Below the pieces are notes generated by a model. It had not been told where the DNA came from. It did not search any database and was given only the letters and a program-made list of their open reading frames with translations. Shown here piece by piece: positions 14,441-30,300 of a stretch of DNA of 64,000 nt (position 1 is the stretch's first letter; the number at the start of each line of letters is the position of its first letter). Source of the stretch: Eledone cirrhosa (lineage: Eukaryota); NCBI GenBank assembly GCA_964016885.1, contig OZ024742.1, forward strand, positions 51,088,001-51,152,000, given 5' to 3'. Both the position numbers and the translations under genes were made by a program.

Positions 14441-14600
14441 GCGCTTGGCTGAGAGGTTAGAAAATTGAATTCGCAATCGTGAATTTGTGAGTTCGATTCC
14501 CGAATCGGGCGATGCGTTATGCCTTTGGGCAAGACAGTTTATTTCACGTTGCTCCGTCTAACTAGAGTTGCGATCAATAGATAGTAGAGCAATTGGAAAA
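14439..14600 (+). mobile_element. tRNA-derived SINE (second family)
   Basis: A box TGGCTGAGAGG, B box GAGTTCGATTCC, then core ..ttgggcaagacagtttatttcacgttgctcc. Confidence 0.75.
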
Positions 14601-14699
14601 ACCAATGGAAACCATGTTTCTCCGGTCCGACTTGTCGAAAGTCGATCGACTTGTCGATATATAAATTAACAAGGAGAAAAGAGAGAGAGAGAAGCGATT

Positions 14700-15600
14700 T
14701 GGTCGTGATTTCTTCTTCACCCACTCATTTCTAGGATGTTCGTAGGTGTGGAGTCCTCAGACACTGCGTCTAGCGGGTCCTGTCAAAACCTACTATTTCC
14801 AACTGCTCCTGCTGGTTTGCTGAGGTCATGGATGTTATCTAACCAGTTTGTTCGGGGTTTATCAGTAGGTTCCCTATCGCTTGGTTTTTCCTGTGATAGC
14901 GGACTTCTGATCTGACAATTCACAGAAGAAGCGGCTCTACTTGGAGTGACTATTTGTTCTCTAAGCTACGCATTCTATCGAGTAACGTTACTCCAATGTA
15001 CCTTCGGAGGAACCTCATTTCGGCCGCCCGCTTGTATTCGCGATCGTATGCTTTCGGACATTACACAATATTCATGACCATAGTTAATGGGATCCATTCC
15101 ATCACATATACTGACAGCCGGAGGCTTTGGAGTGTCCCCTCTCCTTCCCGTGCAGTTATTTTTGGTGCCACGCATGAATAGGGATTTTCAATCCTGCATC
15201 CAAATCTACAGTACCAAAACCATGGAACATGAAGAAACCCCCAACTATTTTAAGCTCTTTATCTTTAAGGGCTGTGATGCTCCAGGCTCCAATTGTTAAC
15301 GTTTGCTCCTTCCAAACCCACTTTGTTTTTCCGGGATACGCAATTTTGTGCGTCCATCCCACGCCTTCCATGCCTCCCTGGGCACCTTCCCTGAACGCAT
15401 CTCTTGTTAACCCACCAAAAGGAGATGTGGTATGATTCATTTTGTTACCTCTCACCATATTGTAGATTTGGTGGTCTTATTCACACCAGTCCCCGTACTT
15501 TTTCAAATCCACGAATTATTCGGGATTTGACTTTCTAATAAATTTCAAGATAAGACGAAGTAGACGGGAAAACTCCCTCCAGAGATAACCGTGCTTACGT
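14700..15600 (-). mobile_element. RTE-clade non-autonomous bipartite derivative (5' end plus 3' end, RT deleted)
   Basis: Minus strand: LTIGAWSITALKDKELKIV (start of APE domain) joined within ~150 bp to AAEMRFLRRYIGVTLLDRMRS and KPRTNWLDNI (RTE C-terminus). Confidence 0.65.
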
Positions 15601-18600
15601 GCAACGTGCACATTCATTAATATATGATTTAAAATTAAATGTTCTATTATAATGAGTTAAGATTTTTAATTTGCGCTTCAAAGCAGTGTGTAATCAATGT
15701 GAAATAGTTTAAGTAGAATTTACTAAATTTGAATTAAACGGAATTGATTAAGGAAGAATACTTTAAATGTTATAGGATAGAGAATTGTTGCTTGATCAAT
15801 TGGAAGTAATTTGATCGTGTATGATTTAGTGGGGTGTTTTATTGTAAGGCGATTAATTATATTAAATTGGGTTAATTTAGCTATTACTGCACAACCAGTG
15901 AAGGAGTTTATGTTCGATCAAAGGGGGTGTAATTAGTTAAAAAAAGAGAAATCTTTTTTTTTTCTTTTCATAATTCAAATATATTTTTACAAAGTGCGTA
16001 CGTAATATGAAAGTCAAGTTTCAAGTAGCTACAGTTCTCATAATCGCGTTAACTTGAATTATTCCGGAGACTAGGTATCGTTTAGCGGCACCACACACTA
16101 CAAAATGTGAATTCATTTCATATGCTATATGTAATGTTGTTTCACACGTTTGAAATTCATACGGGGACATATTTGCTAGTAAGGGATATTAGGTCTACGA
16201 ATCCGACCACTCTCTTTACTGCATTTACACCAAGTAAAATTAATTTCGAAGTTTACACATCATTCAATTGCGGAAATATTATGAAGTATTCTATGTAATC
16301 CAGGTTTCATCATTTAAGAGTAAATATATTTACTTGTTGGCTGTATCTAATCCACGCAGAAAGTTATGTTTATCCTTTTTAGTGCCGGGTCTATTACACA
16401 TCAATATGCTAAATAGGATAATCTGATACCTTATGCAAATTATGATGATTATACAACGATCAGTAAGTTTGGCGGTTGGTACATTTATACTGTAAGGATG
16501 ATGATAAAAAGTTATATATCTATTATTTCTGGTTGGAGATAGTTATTTGTAATTCAGCTTATCATCTAGCTAAATTTCTAGTACAGCATTGTGTTATGGA
16601 TTTCCTAATCTAATGTTATATTACATATGCATTTAGTAAATTTACATATCATGAGCTTAATTACCTCTGGATGGTTAGAAACCTTATCTAATTGTTTTGT
16701 TTCTTCATCCAACATTCCGCTCCGCATAATATTCGCATATATGGCGCTTAGTAGAAACATGACTATTTTTCAAATTTGATGTGATTGTAAATTTAAATTC
16801 ATTTTTTTAACATATACTGATTTACATGTTTCTAGAAGGAAGGTATATTTTTATTTAATCGAATTGAATGTTTAATCGAATGTTTAATCGAATTTAATGT
16901 TTAATTATTTCGAAAATTAAGAGAAGTGAGGGATCCTCCATGGAATGGAAAAATATACGCACGCGACCTAGAATAAAGTATCAGTTATTAGAACGAAACG
17001 TTGAAAATACCCATGCCATGAATTGTCTGTGAACCTATGTTAGCAAATTTAATCTAAAGAATATAAAATACCATGCGTCGATTCTGGTTAACGAGAAAAT
17101 ATTCTGTGTTTCACGGGGACATTTAAAAAAGTAATACACGAAATGGGGAATAGAAGAATTGAGATGTTGGGCATCAATGCTTTCCTGTTGGGCATAAATG
17201 TTTCCCATTTCATTTTTGTTTTAGTCGAAACCTCTTCACAGGGTGCCTGACATATATGTACGGTCCCACGACTTCTGAGGGGATCGGGAGGGAACCGTAT
17301 TCACACACGGTATTTCTAGGTATATCGAGTAAGAAAATAGAAGTGCGACAGAGATATAAAGGAATAATCAAGCCCGCTATTAGACAGGTACTTTTTAAAA
17401 TGATCTTGAATGAATGAAAGGTAAAGTTAACCTTGTCGGAAATTGAACTCAGAAAGTAGAGAGCCGAAACGCAAAGCATTATATCCGACTTTATAATAAT
17501 TCTCATAATTCGTCAATATTGACAGACATATAATTAAACATAATGCCATGCATTTGAAAAATGAAAAGTAATTATTGATCTTGATATATCGAGTAACAAA
17601 ATTCAAGTACGCACACATCGCGGCCACTCTGACCATGTAAAATACATTTACCTTAAACAGTGCATGACATCGCAGTTTGACATGTTGAAATGTGAATAAA
17701 TATAAATGAATTTCACGAGGAGAAATGCTTGATATATTTTAAATGCAATGTGATGTCCACTTCAATAATTCAGGCTCACAATAGTAAAGTTGAAAATATA
17801 TATTATGCAACCAGTTGATTGTATTTAAAACGGTCGATGCATCTATGTTGGAATCGTTTCTATAAATGTTTTTAATTAAGATGATCATTTGGGCAGATTC
17901 CTTCCAATTCAGTAAATTTAATTAGCACCATATGGTAGACGATAATCATTTAGCTTGAATGATACGAGATTTAATTAATGATACATATACAATTATTACT
18001 TTATAATAAATGTTTGATGAAATTGTTATTCGTAACCTCTGATCAGTATTACATTTGCATTACTGCTTCATGGAACTTAAGAATTACATTCCAATAATCT
18101 TTTAATAATAAAGCATAACGGATATGACAATTCGTTTATTTGAGCTTGATAGATTAGACGTGTGTTGTTAGACATATGTGAAATATGTCATCACATGTTA
18201 CATGTATAAGAAATACAATGGATATATTATTTTACTGGGTCAAGAATCATTGCTTGTCTGTTATCTAACACGAATGGAGAATATATATGTAAAACATATG
18301 AACAATGACACCGGATTGCCGGGGAAAGATACATGGCTGCAGAATGGAACGGCTCTAGGGCAATTATTACTTTTTCTCTCAATGAGAATGAAATGAAGGT
18401 TATTAATGTACTAGGGAAGCAGTTATAGGGTTTATGAAATATGTCATTGGTAATTTATTATATATAATAACAGATAATATATAGTTGTAGCGATTCCAGA
18501 TTACAGATTGAAATCATATTCAGTTTTGCAGGGGAAAGCAAAATATTCCCCATATACTAATTGTGAGTTATTGTAGGTTTCATATTATGATTAATCTCAT

Positions 18601-18759
18601 TTGCAATTGTCTAATAATAATTATGAAAGAATATAAAACATAAATACATATGGTTAACTGTATAACATCTTTACTCGTTTTCTGTTAGTCCTTCCAATTA
18701 AACTCTTATTTAATACATATATAACGGTTTATTTGCGCATAAAACACCACCTACATAAA

Positions 18760-19343
18760 ATCTCACACAAACGCCTGCATACAAGCTAACCTACTAAACT
18801 GAAAAATAGAACCAAATTACAACGCTAAAGTCGAACATATAGAAAGACATGAAAAGAAAAAAAAATAATAACAGAATCAAGAAAAACATGATCACATGAT
18901 AATATCGAAAAAAGGAGTAGGACAGAACAGGAGAAATACAGATAGAGACAATAAACCAAATCTAGATGCTATACTGAACAACAATATATTGCTGAAAGTC
19001 TCAGAGAGTTCAGATCAAGATCTATATCTGGTAGACTGAAAGACATAACTTACAATGAAACCGTGATTTGACCTCTTACCTGTGTCGAAATTAATATCTT
19101 CCAGTTGTGAAGATCACTCGAATATATATCACAAATACAACGGAGGAAGCGTCAAGTGCCAAATCATCTGAATTCAGCCATCCTACAATAACAGCAGGGC
19201 AGAAGGGAAATAGAAAACATGTTTGTTGTGTTGCTGATTTCACAGGAATGGAAGGTAAATAAAAGATACTTTCAGAAACTGTACATCAGGAAGACAGTTG
19301 TGGAGAACTAGAAACTGTTACTTTTATTTCTGTTAAACTTAGA

Positions 19344-19350
<7 letters not shown>
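18760..19350 (+). mobile_element. Degenerate PLE 3' portion with hammerhead-like relic, ending at (TA)n
   Basis: KPRCY and CVEINIFQL..EYISQ resemble the PLE zinc-linker and GIY-YIG. CAGGAAGA-C-AGTT-GTGGAG-AACT-A-GAAAC at 19287-19315. Confidence 0.4.
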
Positions 19351-19440
<90 letters not shown>

Positions 19441-19620
19441 TTCAAGAGTAACCAATCTTAAAGAGAGATATGGAGATAGGAGAGGAGATAGGCGAGAATA
19501 AGAGAGATTGGTGAATTAGTTAGAAGCCAAAGCGTAAAGGCTTGTGTTCAATGTGAAATATGCAGTGGAAGGCAGCTAGGTGGCTGGGTTCATGCAGAGG
19601 TTAGGTGAACAGAGCTGGAA

Positions 19621-19875
19621 ATATTCATTAGTTAAGCAAAACAAGACCACAAATTTGACAAGAAAGACATTATTAAAAGATTGTCAACATATTTTAGTTT
19701 GATGTAAGGAAAGTAGAGAATAATAATAATAATATTAATAATATAAACGGACATTATTATTATTAATAGTATTATTCTTATTCTCTACATTCCTTACATC
19801 AAACTAAAATATGTTGACAATCTTTTAGTCATGTCTACCTTGTAAAATGTGTGGTCTTGTTTTGCTTAACTAATA

Positions 19876-19880
<5 letters not shown>
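19621..19880. repeat. Imperfect inverted repeat, ~120-bp arms
   Basis: atattcattagttaagcaaaacaagaccaca...gattgtcaacatattttagtttgatgtaagg versus ccttacatcaaactaaaatatgttgacaatc...tgtggtcttgttttgcttaactaataaatat. Confidence 0.9.
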
Positions 19881-19950
<70 letters not shown>

Positions 19951-20035
19951 GTTGAGACAGTAACTAGAAAATAAAAAAAGCGAGGAGTGGAGAGGCAATA
20001 CAAATGTTAATATTAGTTTCAAACTTGAGAGTGTG

Positions 20036-20100
<65 letters not shown>

Positions 20101-20125
20101 TGTAATAAACAACATAAGATAATTA

Positions 20126-20186
20126 TTCCATTTACCAGTGGTTTCTTGAAAGCAAACAAGATTTGCTTTCTGTCATCAGAATGAAA
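20126..20186 (-). ncRNA. Minimal type I hammerhead ribozyme (inverted copy)
   Basis: Reverse complement: TTTCATT-CTGATGA-CA-GAAAGCAAA-TCTTG-TTTGCTTTC-AA-GAAACCACTGGTA-AATGGAA, with a 9-bp stem II. Confidence 0.7.
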
Positions 20187-20246
20187 ACACGTGGATTTTA
20201 AAAACAGTGTTTTTAAAATCCACTGTCAATAAATACACCAGGATTT

Positions 20247-20307
20247 TTTCATTCTGATGACTGAAAACAAATCTTGTCTTCTTTCAAGAAACCACTGGTA
20301 AATGAAA
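20247..20307 (+). ncRNA. Minimal type I hammerhead ribozyme
   Basis: TTTCATT-CTGATGA-[stem II]-GAAACC-ACT-GGTA-AATGAAA. Stem I is TTTCATT/AATGAAA, stem III is ACC/GGT, with a GUA triplet. Confidence 0.7.
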
Positions 20308-21496
20308 TAATTATCTTATATTTTTATTACATAACTATTAAGCTCTGTAAACTACATAGAGCACTCTTTTCTCCTGGACCTTTCCGACGGAATTACTTCA
20401 TTCATACATATATATATATCAATATATATATATATTAACAAACCTGGATTAGCTAACCATCTACTATTACTCGCACGTAATTAATAAATCGAAGAAACAG
20501 GTTTATTCCACGTAAAATGTTGATGAATTTAACTGTCCTATTACCCAATATACCGCGAATGTGATTGTCATAATTATTCAGTGCTTTCGTATCTGTGGAA
20601 TGTATGCTACTTATGCATATATGAAAGGGTAAATGACAGTGATATCAAACATTCTAATGTTTTAAATTTGAATTACATAATACTGATAAACATCGTCATA
20701 TTGTACAACCATTGGGGATAACCAGTCAGTTATATATCAATTAGCTATGTCATCCAATAATATCTATGTGTTTTACGTTTGTACAGTATTTATCAATCTG
20801 CATACAATCATTGTATTCCATTCTTCATCTGTCATCAAATACACATGCATGGGTATAATGTGGTGGATTTTTACAACTAGATGTTTTTTTATAGGAATAT
20901 ACTCGACAAAGTTTCAATGAATAATCCCAAATTAACAAGATTCAATGGCTTCGTGTAACACCGAAATGGGAGCGGTTTTATGAACCATGACGCCTGACGT
21001 CATATTTAAAGAGATCTCTGCCACATAACCCACCGTGATTACAACTTTTGTTTCTTTCTTAAAACTTCCAGCCTCCTGTACCTCCTAACATTAAACTTTA
21101 CTGAAGAAGGATTAACATTACGTTTATTTTCCCAACTAGCACGAGACTTATAATATTGTAATTGTATTTCTGTATTTGCCTTTTTTATCTTCAAGATAAG
21201 AGAAATATTTAGTTCAGAGGAATAGCTATATAGGCGGACTAGAAGGAAACCGACACTGCGTTAAAGAATAGTAAAGTATCCGTTGCTAAAGATATTGGAT
21301 TCCATATTTCATAACAAAGACAAAAAATGAACATTCATTCAGAATTATTTTTTAACTTTAGTATAGAAAGCCATACCTGAATATACTGGTGTAACGTATT
21401 GTTTATTTTATTAGCAGTTTAATCTAAACTCAGAACACTGAAACATAAATAACTATGTTTTATTTGAATAAGTGTATAACACAATATGGAATGCAT

Positions 21497-23593
<2,097 letters not shown>

Positions 23594-23615
23594 AATTCCT
23601 TTCGTCGCAACAATG

Positions 23616-23665
23616 ATTCTCTTTTTTCTGTGATATATATATATATATATATCACAGAAAAAAGA

Positions 23666-23669
<4 letters not shown>
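23616..23669. repeat. Perfect palindrome centred on a short (TA)n
   Basis: attctcttttttctgtg-(at)n-cacagaaaaaagagaat. Confidence 0.9.
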
Positions 23670-23720
<51 letters not shown>

Positions 23721-25499
23721 TTGGTTTAAATTGAATATAAATAATATTTGGCATAAAATATTGACGTACTTTGACATCTATACTATTCTGCTGCTATTTA
23801 TGTTTTATAGTCACACATTTATTTTTATTGCCTCCTGGTCTTTGTATTGACATTGTATAAAGATATCGAAAATGGATTTCTTTCTGGAAATGAGGTTTAC
23901 TGCTCTATTTTAAGAGCTAAATGTCAGAATATTTTCTTTGAATTTTTCATTAACAACTGTTGTTACAATCTATATACTAATATCTAATTCTTCTAACGTG
24001 AAAGTATGTTATCAAAATATTTATTCGATATATATATTTACAGACAGCTAAATTTGGTATGTGCGTGTATATTAATATCGAATTGCAGAATATCTTTTGT
24101 ATAAAACACGAGACACGTGTCGTATACAACCAATGATTTTAATGTCAATTTATAATCGTGTTCTAAAACATATTAGATCATATGTGTATATCATTCTTTT
24201 GTTTAAATTTAATTCTCAGGTTTGAAAGTTTTGTGATGGTTGAGCTGAATTGTATTGAAACTTTGTGCATCATTTTCATATGACTGTTAGTGTTCTTTTG
24301 AAGTTTTAAAAAGTCGCCCGATGATTTACCTTATTGAAGTTGACTAGGCCATATTCGAACGCTTCAGCTGTTTGAATCGTAAAATATGAGATATTCATTG
24401 GTATAATTAAACATTATATTCAGGGAGATGACATTTTAAAGAAGGCAGATAATGATTCATACAATATGCTCGTTAGCTTAAAATCAGTAATACGTCAAGA
24501 ACATTGAAATATTTTCTTACATGAGAAAATGAGGCTGTTTTTAAATTCAATATAAAAAAGATTTCCTAGAGCCTCAAAAATGTTGTGTAGCGTCGCATCT
24601 GTTGATTTTGTAACAATATCGCTTCTAACAATGATTGTTGTCAAATACATATAAGGGGATATTACAATAACTGTATTTGTTGATAGCTGCCTAGTTAATA
24701 AAAAAAATCAAGATATATACTTAATGCCATATACATTTACGTCAGTATTCTGACGAATGAAACAAAATGTTACTTATTTATAATGATTAATATAAAATGC
24801 TTGTAATTATTGAACTAACATATATCTAAAGTCAATTCAGACGATAACGAATCGCAGAGACGATGCGATATTATAATTGTACATTCTCAAAATAACGATT
24901 TGAACGATTCTAAATTCGTAGAGCATCACGCTAATTAGATGACTTGAAACAAAAACTTTACTTAAAATGTACTAAGCGTCAATATTGTTAGAAGAGCCTA
25001 TCAATTATCTTTCAAGACAATAAAAAAACGGTAATAGTATATATCTAAACAAATGAGTTGAGTGTGTAAATATGCAAACACTTATTTACGTATTTCTACA
25101 TAGATTGATAAAATATAATGCGCAGCCTTATTTTATTTGTCATACTTCCTTGAATTTAATCCCAAGTGCGAACATAGTTTAAACACACTAACCTAAATCT
25201 GAATTGCATACTCATTTCTGTATCTAACTAATTGTTTCTGTCCTTTTGATACCGATTAGTTGCGTATTTCTCGCTGTATGATGAATAATATAGACCCAAC
25301 TCATGAAATTCCACTACATAATACAATTGATTCACCAAGGATCTATGGTAATATTAAGTTATTCACTTGGCTTATTGATGTTTTCTTTTTTGTTTTGTTT
25401 TGATAAGAACCTGTAATCTTATCTACGTTTATAACTACGTAATTATCCTTCTGAAGGTTAGTGCGTACATTGATTTTTCCTAGCATATGGCCATCACAA

Positions 25500-25549
25500 T
25501 TGTGTTATAAAGACAGACCTTTCCTTGTGTTATAAAGACAGACCTTTCC
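25500..25549. repeat. Exact 25-bp tandem duplication
   Basis: ttgtgttataaagacagacctttcc x2. Confidence 0.9.
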
Positions 25550-26034
25550 CAAAGGTGTGGTTAGGAATTCATACTTACATTTAAAGAAAACATTACACAT
25601 TTCAGCAACAACTTGAGACCAACAAGTGCATCTTCTGGTTCAGAATTTTAAACACCACAGATCTCTTTTTAAAACGCAAGGTTTTGGGGAGTGCAAGAAA
25701 TCTTCAGTTTCCTGATTACTAATGAAATAAAACATCTAAAGCGTTCACTAATAGTTACCTAAATATAGAAGGTTAATATTTCTATGCGTCTCCGATGACA
25801 GTATATTGCATCTAAATTTGATAATAGATTTAACAGCTGCAAACCGTACTAGAGTAAAACGCTGAACGTAAAACGCTGAACGTTCCCACAGTTATTTTGT
25901 GAGATCGTGTACTCTTAGTAATATAAACATTAAATATGATATTAACACGGCAAAACAGCTGAATTGTTCGTTTGTTTCGAAAAGGAGTGCGTAGATTATC
26001 AGAGAAAATTCTCATGAAATTTCGGTTCGTAATA

Positions 26035-26200
26035 AATGGTGAATTGGCAGAACCACTACAGAGTCGGAGAAAAAGCTTTGGCGAATTTAGTGAGGACACA
26101 TTACCTTCTGATTCCGAATCCCACCAAAGTAAGCTTTGGCTTTCATCATCCTCGTATTGATAAAATAAAGTATCAATTACGTTTACCAATCGGAATAGTT
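26035..26200 (+). mobile_element. Degenerate tRNA-derived SINE
   Basis: ggtgaattggcagaaccactacagagtcgga...ctgattccgaatcccaccaaagtaagctttggctttcatc...gataaaataaagta matches the main SINE family. Confidence 0.65.
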
Positions 26201-27185
26201 ATTTCCACAGATTCCTGACCTTGTACCAATATGAGAATAAAAGAAATATGGGATAGATAAGTACCATCATATAATGGATTTGATTAAACGAACTTTGTCT
26301 TTCCCCCGAATATGCTGGACAATTGCCAGAACTAGAAGTTAGTATTGTTAAATTTATTATAATGCATTCATATTTTGATATGCTAGAAGCAGCATTGAAA
26401 TCTCTCTCAAAAAACTTTCTTCTGGCTAGCACATTCACATGCATCCACGCACTCGCAAGTATGTGACGTGCATCCAGAAATATACGACGTAAAACACCGC
26501 ACTACTAATTATTCACTAGACTTATAAACCTGAAAACTTCCACCCAAGGTCCATTCTAAATATTTTATAGATAATGCTCCTGTTGTTTACATACAAAGGC
26601 AAATTACACACGTAATATTAAATATTACGTAAAATTGAATATTGTGTATATGTTCGACAGATCCTTGGGTCGTATATATGTGTACTCAAATTTCCTACAG
26701 AAGTAAACAAGAAAATGTGATTTGCCTTTTTTATATTGCACTATATTATACATTGTCTATATTGTCTATATTTACTCTCATTATATACTTACCACAGACA
26801 TGGAAATAAGTAGATTAAGTGTACACATAAAGAGCTCTATTATATACATGACAAACATATGTATGAATTTATTATTACATATATTTTGCGTGGGTTGAAC
26901 GTGTCAATATATAGACAGTCACTTTAAAATATCTCCAATCACCAGAAAAATAAAAACATAATCCCTCACACATCTCAGGAATACAGTAAGGAACAAAGTG
27001 ATGAAGGAAACGGTTTCCAAATAAATAATGATACTGATATTTTATGTTTACTCATAGAATTACCATAATGCACTAAACAGTGAGATTTATACAAACTGAT
27101 GGTAAACGAAGAAGACCGCGCTGTAAAAAATGGAAGGCTACTTGAAAATAATGTAGATGATAAGGATAGATAACAAATCAATGAT

Positions 27186-27217
<32 letters not shown>

Positions 27218-27310
27218 TATTGGTTTTATTTATACATTTATTTACTCGCTTTACTCTCATTATATACTTATCCTTATACGCATTAGCACACGACCCTAGA
27301 ATATTACTCT

Positions 27311-30300
27311 ATCTATCTATCAAAGGCGGGTAAAATTCCCGAGATCCTTGGACGATTTCTCTCCAGCGGTCTCTGTCCCTCATTATCGCTGCCATGTCCT
27401 GCATCTCCAACAGACCAGTGTCTGTCCTTAGGGCATCAACATACGTTAACCTTGGTCTTCCTCTTCTAGTGTGTCCAAAGGAGCACTGAGTGCAATGTCA
27501 ACTCTGGATGTCGGTGAGCATGTACAGCCAACCTCAGTCTCCTCTGTGTCACTTTTGAGCTGACTTTGGGATGCTCCCATACAGCTATGAGTTTTTCATC
27601 CTCAGTGTATACTGATTAATGTTCAGAGCCATCCTCAGCATTTTCGTGTAGCACCCACCCACCATCTGAGTGAGTTTCTTGGTCAGTGTCCAAGTCTCAG
27701 ACCCATACAGCAGCACAGACTCCACTACAGCAATGAAGAGGCGGATTTTCAGGTCTCTACGAAGGTCCGACTTCCACACCGATCTCAAGCTGTGGCACGC
27801 CGCCCAGGCCTTGCTCTTCCTCTCAACCACATCATCTTCCGTATTCCCAATCTTTGCTCCCAAATACAGGAATTCCTCAACCAATTCCAGCGGCTTCCCG
27901 CCTACATTAGTGATCCCCTCTGGCTTCTCAACATTCTCTACCAGATATGTTGTTATAGTCTCATTCATTCTCATCCCCACACTCATCGACACAGTCTCAA
28001 CCTCCCACATCAAATCCTCTGCCTCCTTCACTGTATTTGTCACCAAAAATTATGTCGTCGGCAAATTCAGCATCCGATACCTTTTTCGCCCTAACCCTCC
28101 TGCTCTGAGCCGGTGCTACAGTAAAGCCAGAGTCCTGGTGTTTCTCCAGTGCAAGGCGCATACAATAGTCCACTCGATGATAAAAAGGTAGGGAGCCAAT
28201 GTATCTCCCTGGAGTACTCCAGCCAGTATCTCAAAGAACTCTGTCATCCCATCAGGTGTAATGACTTGGGCTTTGGTGTTGGTGTAGAGCAGTGATATCA
28301 GGTCCACTATCCTCTTGGGGATTCCATAAGCCTGTAAGATCTTCATCAGGCAGTAACGGTCCACAGAATGAAAGGCCTTCCTAAAGTCAATGAAAACCAT
28401 GACCGCAGGAAGGCACTTTGCTCTAGCTCCCTCTAATATCCTCCTCAGCATCAGGATGTGACTGGTGGTTTATCTACCCTCTCTGAAGCCGTTATGGTTG
28501 TCCCTGAGCTTCTTCTCCATCTCAGGCTGGATCCTGTTAAGAATCATCCTGTTGAGGGTCTTTGCCACAAGTGACGTCAGTGAGATCCCCCGGTAGTTGT
28601 TGGTGTTAGAGAGATCTCCCTTCTTTGGCACTGGGACGATGTTACTGATCCTCCACTGATTCGGGGCAACTCCTTTCTCCAGTGCCCCGTTACAGAACCC
28701 CAGGTTGATATCATCAAAATCACACCTCTTCATCACCTCTGATGCCACTCCATCTTCTCCATGAGCCTTGCTATCCTTGATCCTCTTCTTGGCTCTCTGA
28801 AGCTCCTCTCTGGTGAATGGCTCTGTCTCAACATCCAGTTCCTCAAGCAGCCGCCTGATCTCCCCAGTGCTCTGGGCTGTGGAGGGTGGCTCTCCTAGTA
28901 CGGTCCTAAAATAAATCTAGCCATTTCCTCTTCCTATCCTCGGGCCCGTTCCCTGGATCTGACTCGAACACCTTCTCTTCCTCCCTGTGAACTCGTTGAT
29001 GATCATCCAGCTCTAATTACATCCAGATCTGTCAACCGCTCTCTCCACACTTCTGATCTTCTCTATCAGTGCCTCCTCTCTGACCTCAGTGTAAGCGGTA
29101 CAGAGCTCTTCCCTCATCACATCCACAGTCTCCATCCTCTCCTCCGTAGGATCAGCATAGAATTGGTCCCTGGCAGCTTTCAGGTGTTCTCTGGCTGCAC
29201 ACACTTTTGGGTTTGCAGAGCTGACGTGCTTCCCTTTGTTCTTTTTCCTCGGCACCAGGGTTTCACTTGCTTCCGCCACTGCATTGGTGAAGTGCCCGTA
29301 CCTCCTCGTCACACTCTCCTCAGTCCATCCAATCTCTCTCTCCTCTGACTCTCCACACAGAGCACTAAACCTGTTTCTCACTTCCAATGTGAACCTCTCC
29401 TTTAGCTTATCATCTTCCTTGAAAGCTCCCCAGTCATAGATTGTTCTCTGGGGCTGAGCCTTGCTCTTTCTTAAGCTCACGCGGACCTCACTCATAACAA
29501 GCCGGTGGTCACTACCCAGTGTACTGAAATAGCTGTATGGTTCCGTGTTCAGAACACTATTCCGCCACTTTTTCCTCACCAGAATGAAATGAATCTGGGA
29601 CTTGGACAGGTGCATATCTGAGATGTAGGTCCACATCTTCCCCAGATTCTTCCTAAACCTTAGGTTCGTCGCCATCAAGTTCGCCTCCAGCAGGTTGTCT
29701 CTCAGTAATCTTCCATTCGGTTGGTGTTGTTATGGAAGTACCAGCAAGGATCTTCACTGCCCTCCTTACTCAGATGTGCATTGAAGTCCCCCAAAACAAG
29801 CAGGATATTGTGTGCCTGAGTGGTGTTGACAGCTCTACACACCTTCTCATGGAACTCTTCCGCATTCACATCACTGTCCCCCTCGGTTGGACTATAGGCT
29901 GAGATGACTATCAGTCTTGGGTTTCCATTGAAGGTCACCCTCAACACTCGCGGGGAGATAGGCATTATTTCCCTCACCAACAGATTGGTTTTTGCACTGA
30001 ACACAAAATCCACTCCTCCTACTGCAGCATTTGTTGTGTTCTTCACTGCCGATGTAGTGATGAGCTGGCTCTTCTTCCCGATCATCACACTCCTCACAGG
30101 CTCATCGTGTAGAATCATGTGTTCTTGGATCGCAAGTATCTGTATACCACTCTCCTCGAACAGATGTCCCAACTCCTCTCTCTTCTCCAGCGTCCGAATA
30201 GTCCTCACATTCAAAGTGCCCATTTTGATGGCTCTTCTGCAGTACAAAACTGCATTCTTTATATTTGTCTCAGAGACAGCTGATCCATCATCCACTGGCC

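Larger units (their letters stand above)
20093..20405 (+). mobile_element. PLE-type terminus with inverted partial copy and two hammerhead cores, in (TA)n
   Basis: Arms ~20093-20190 and ~20240-20338 are reverse complements. Central perfect 16-bp hairpin at 20191-20223. Terminal GAGCACTCT motif, then a TA tract. Confidence 0.75.

Noticed and set aside
14439-14510. tRNA-like A and B boxes
   Set aside because: No complete cloverleaf and it continues into a SINE core, so it is a SINE head rather than a tRNA gene.
25830-26189. 119-aa ORF with WWDSE, superficially like a CRESS-virus Rep WWDGY motif
   Set aside because: The motif is the antisense reading of a degenerate SINE core; no Walker A or rolling-circle motifs nearby.
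27670-28191. Plus-strand ORFs of 100-180 aa over the LINEs (also 29904-30332, 41126-41636, 42877-43317)
   Set aside because: Antisense shadows of RT/endonuclease coding sequence.
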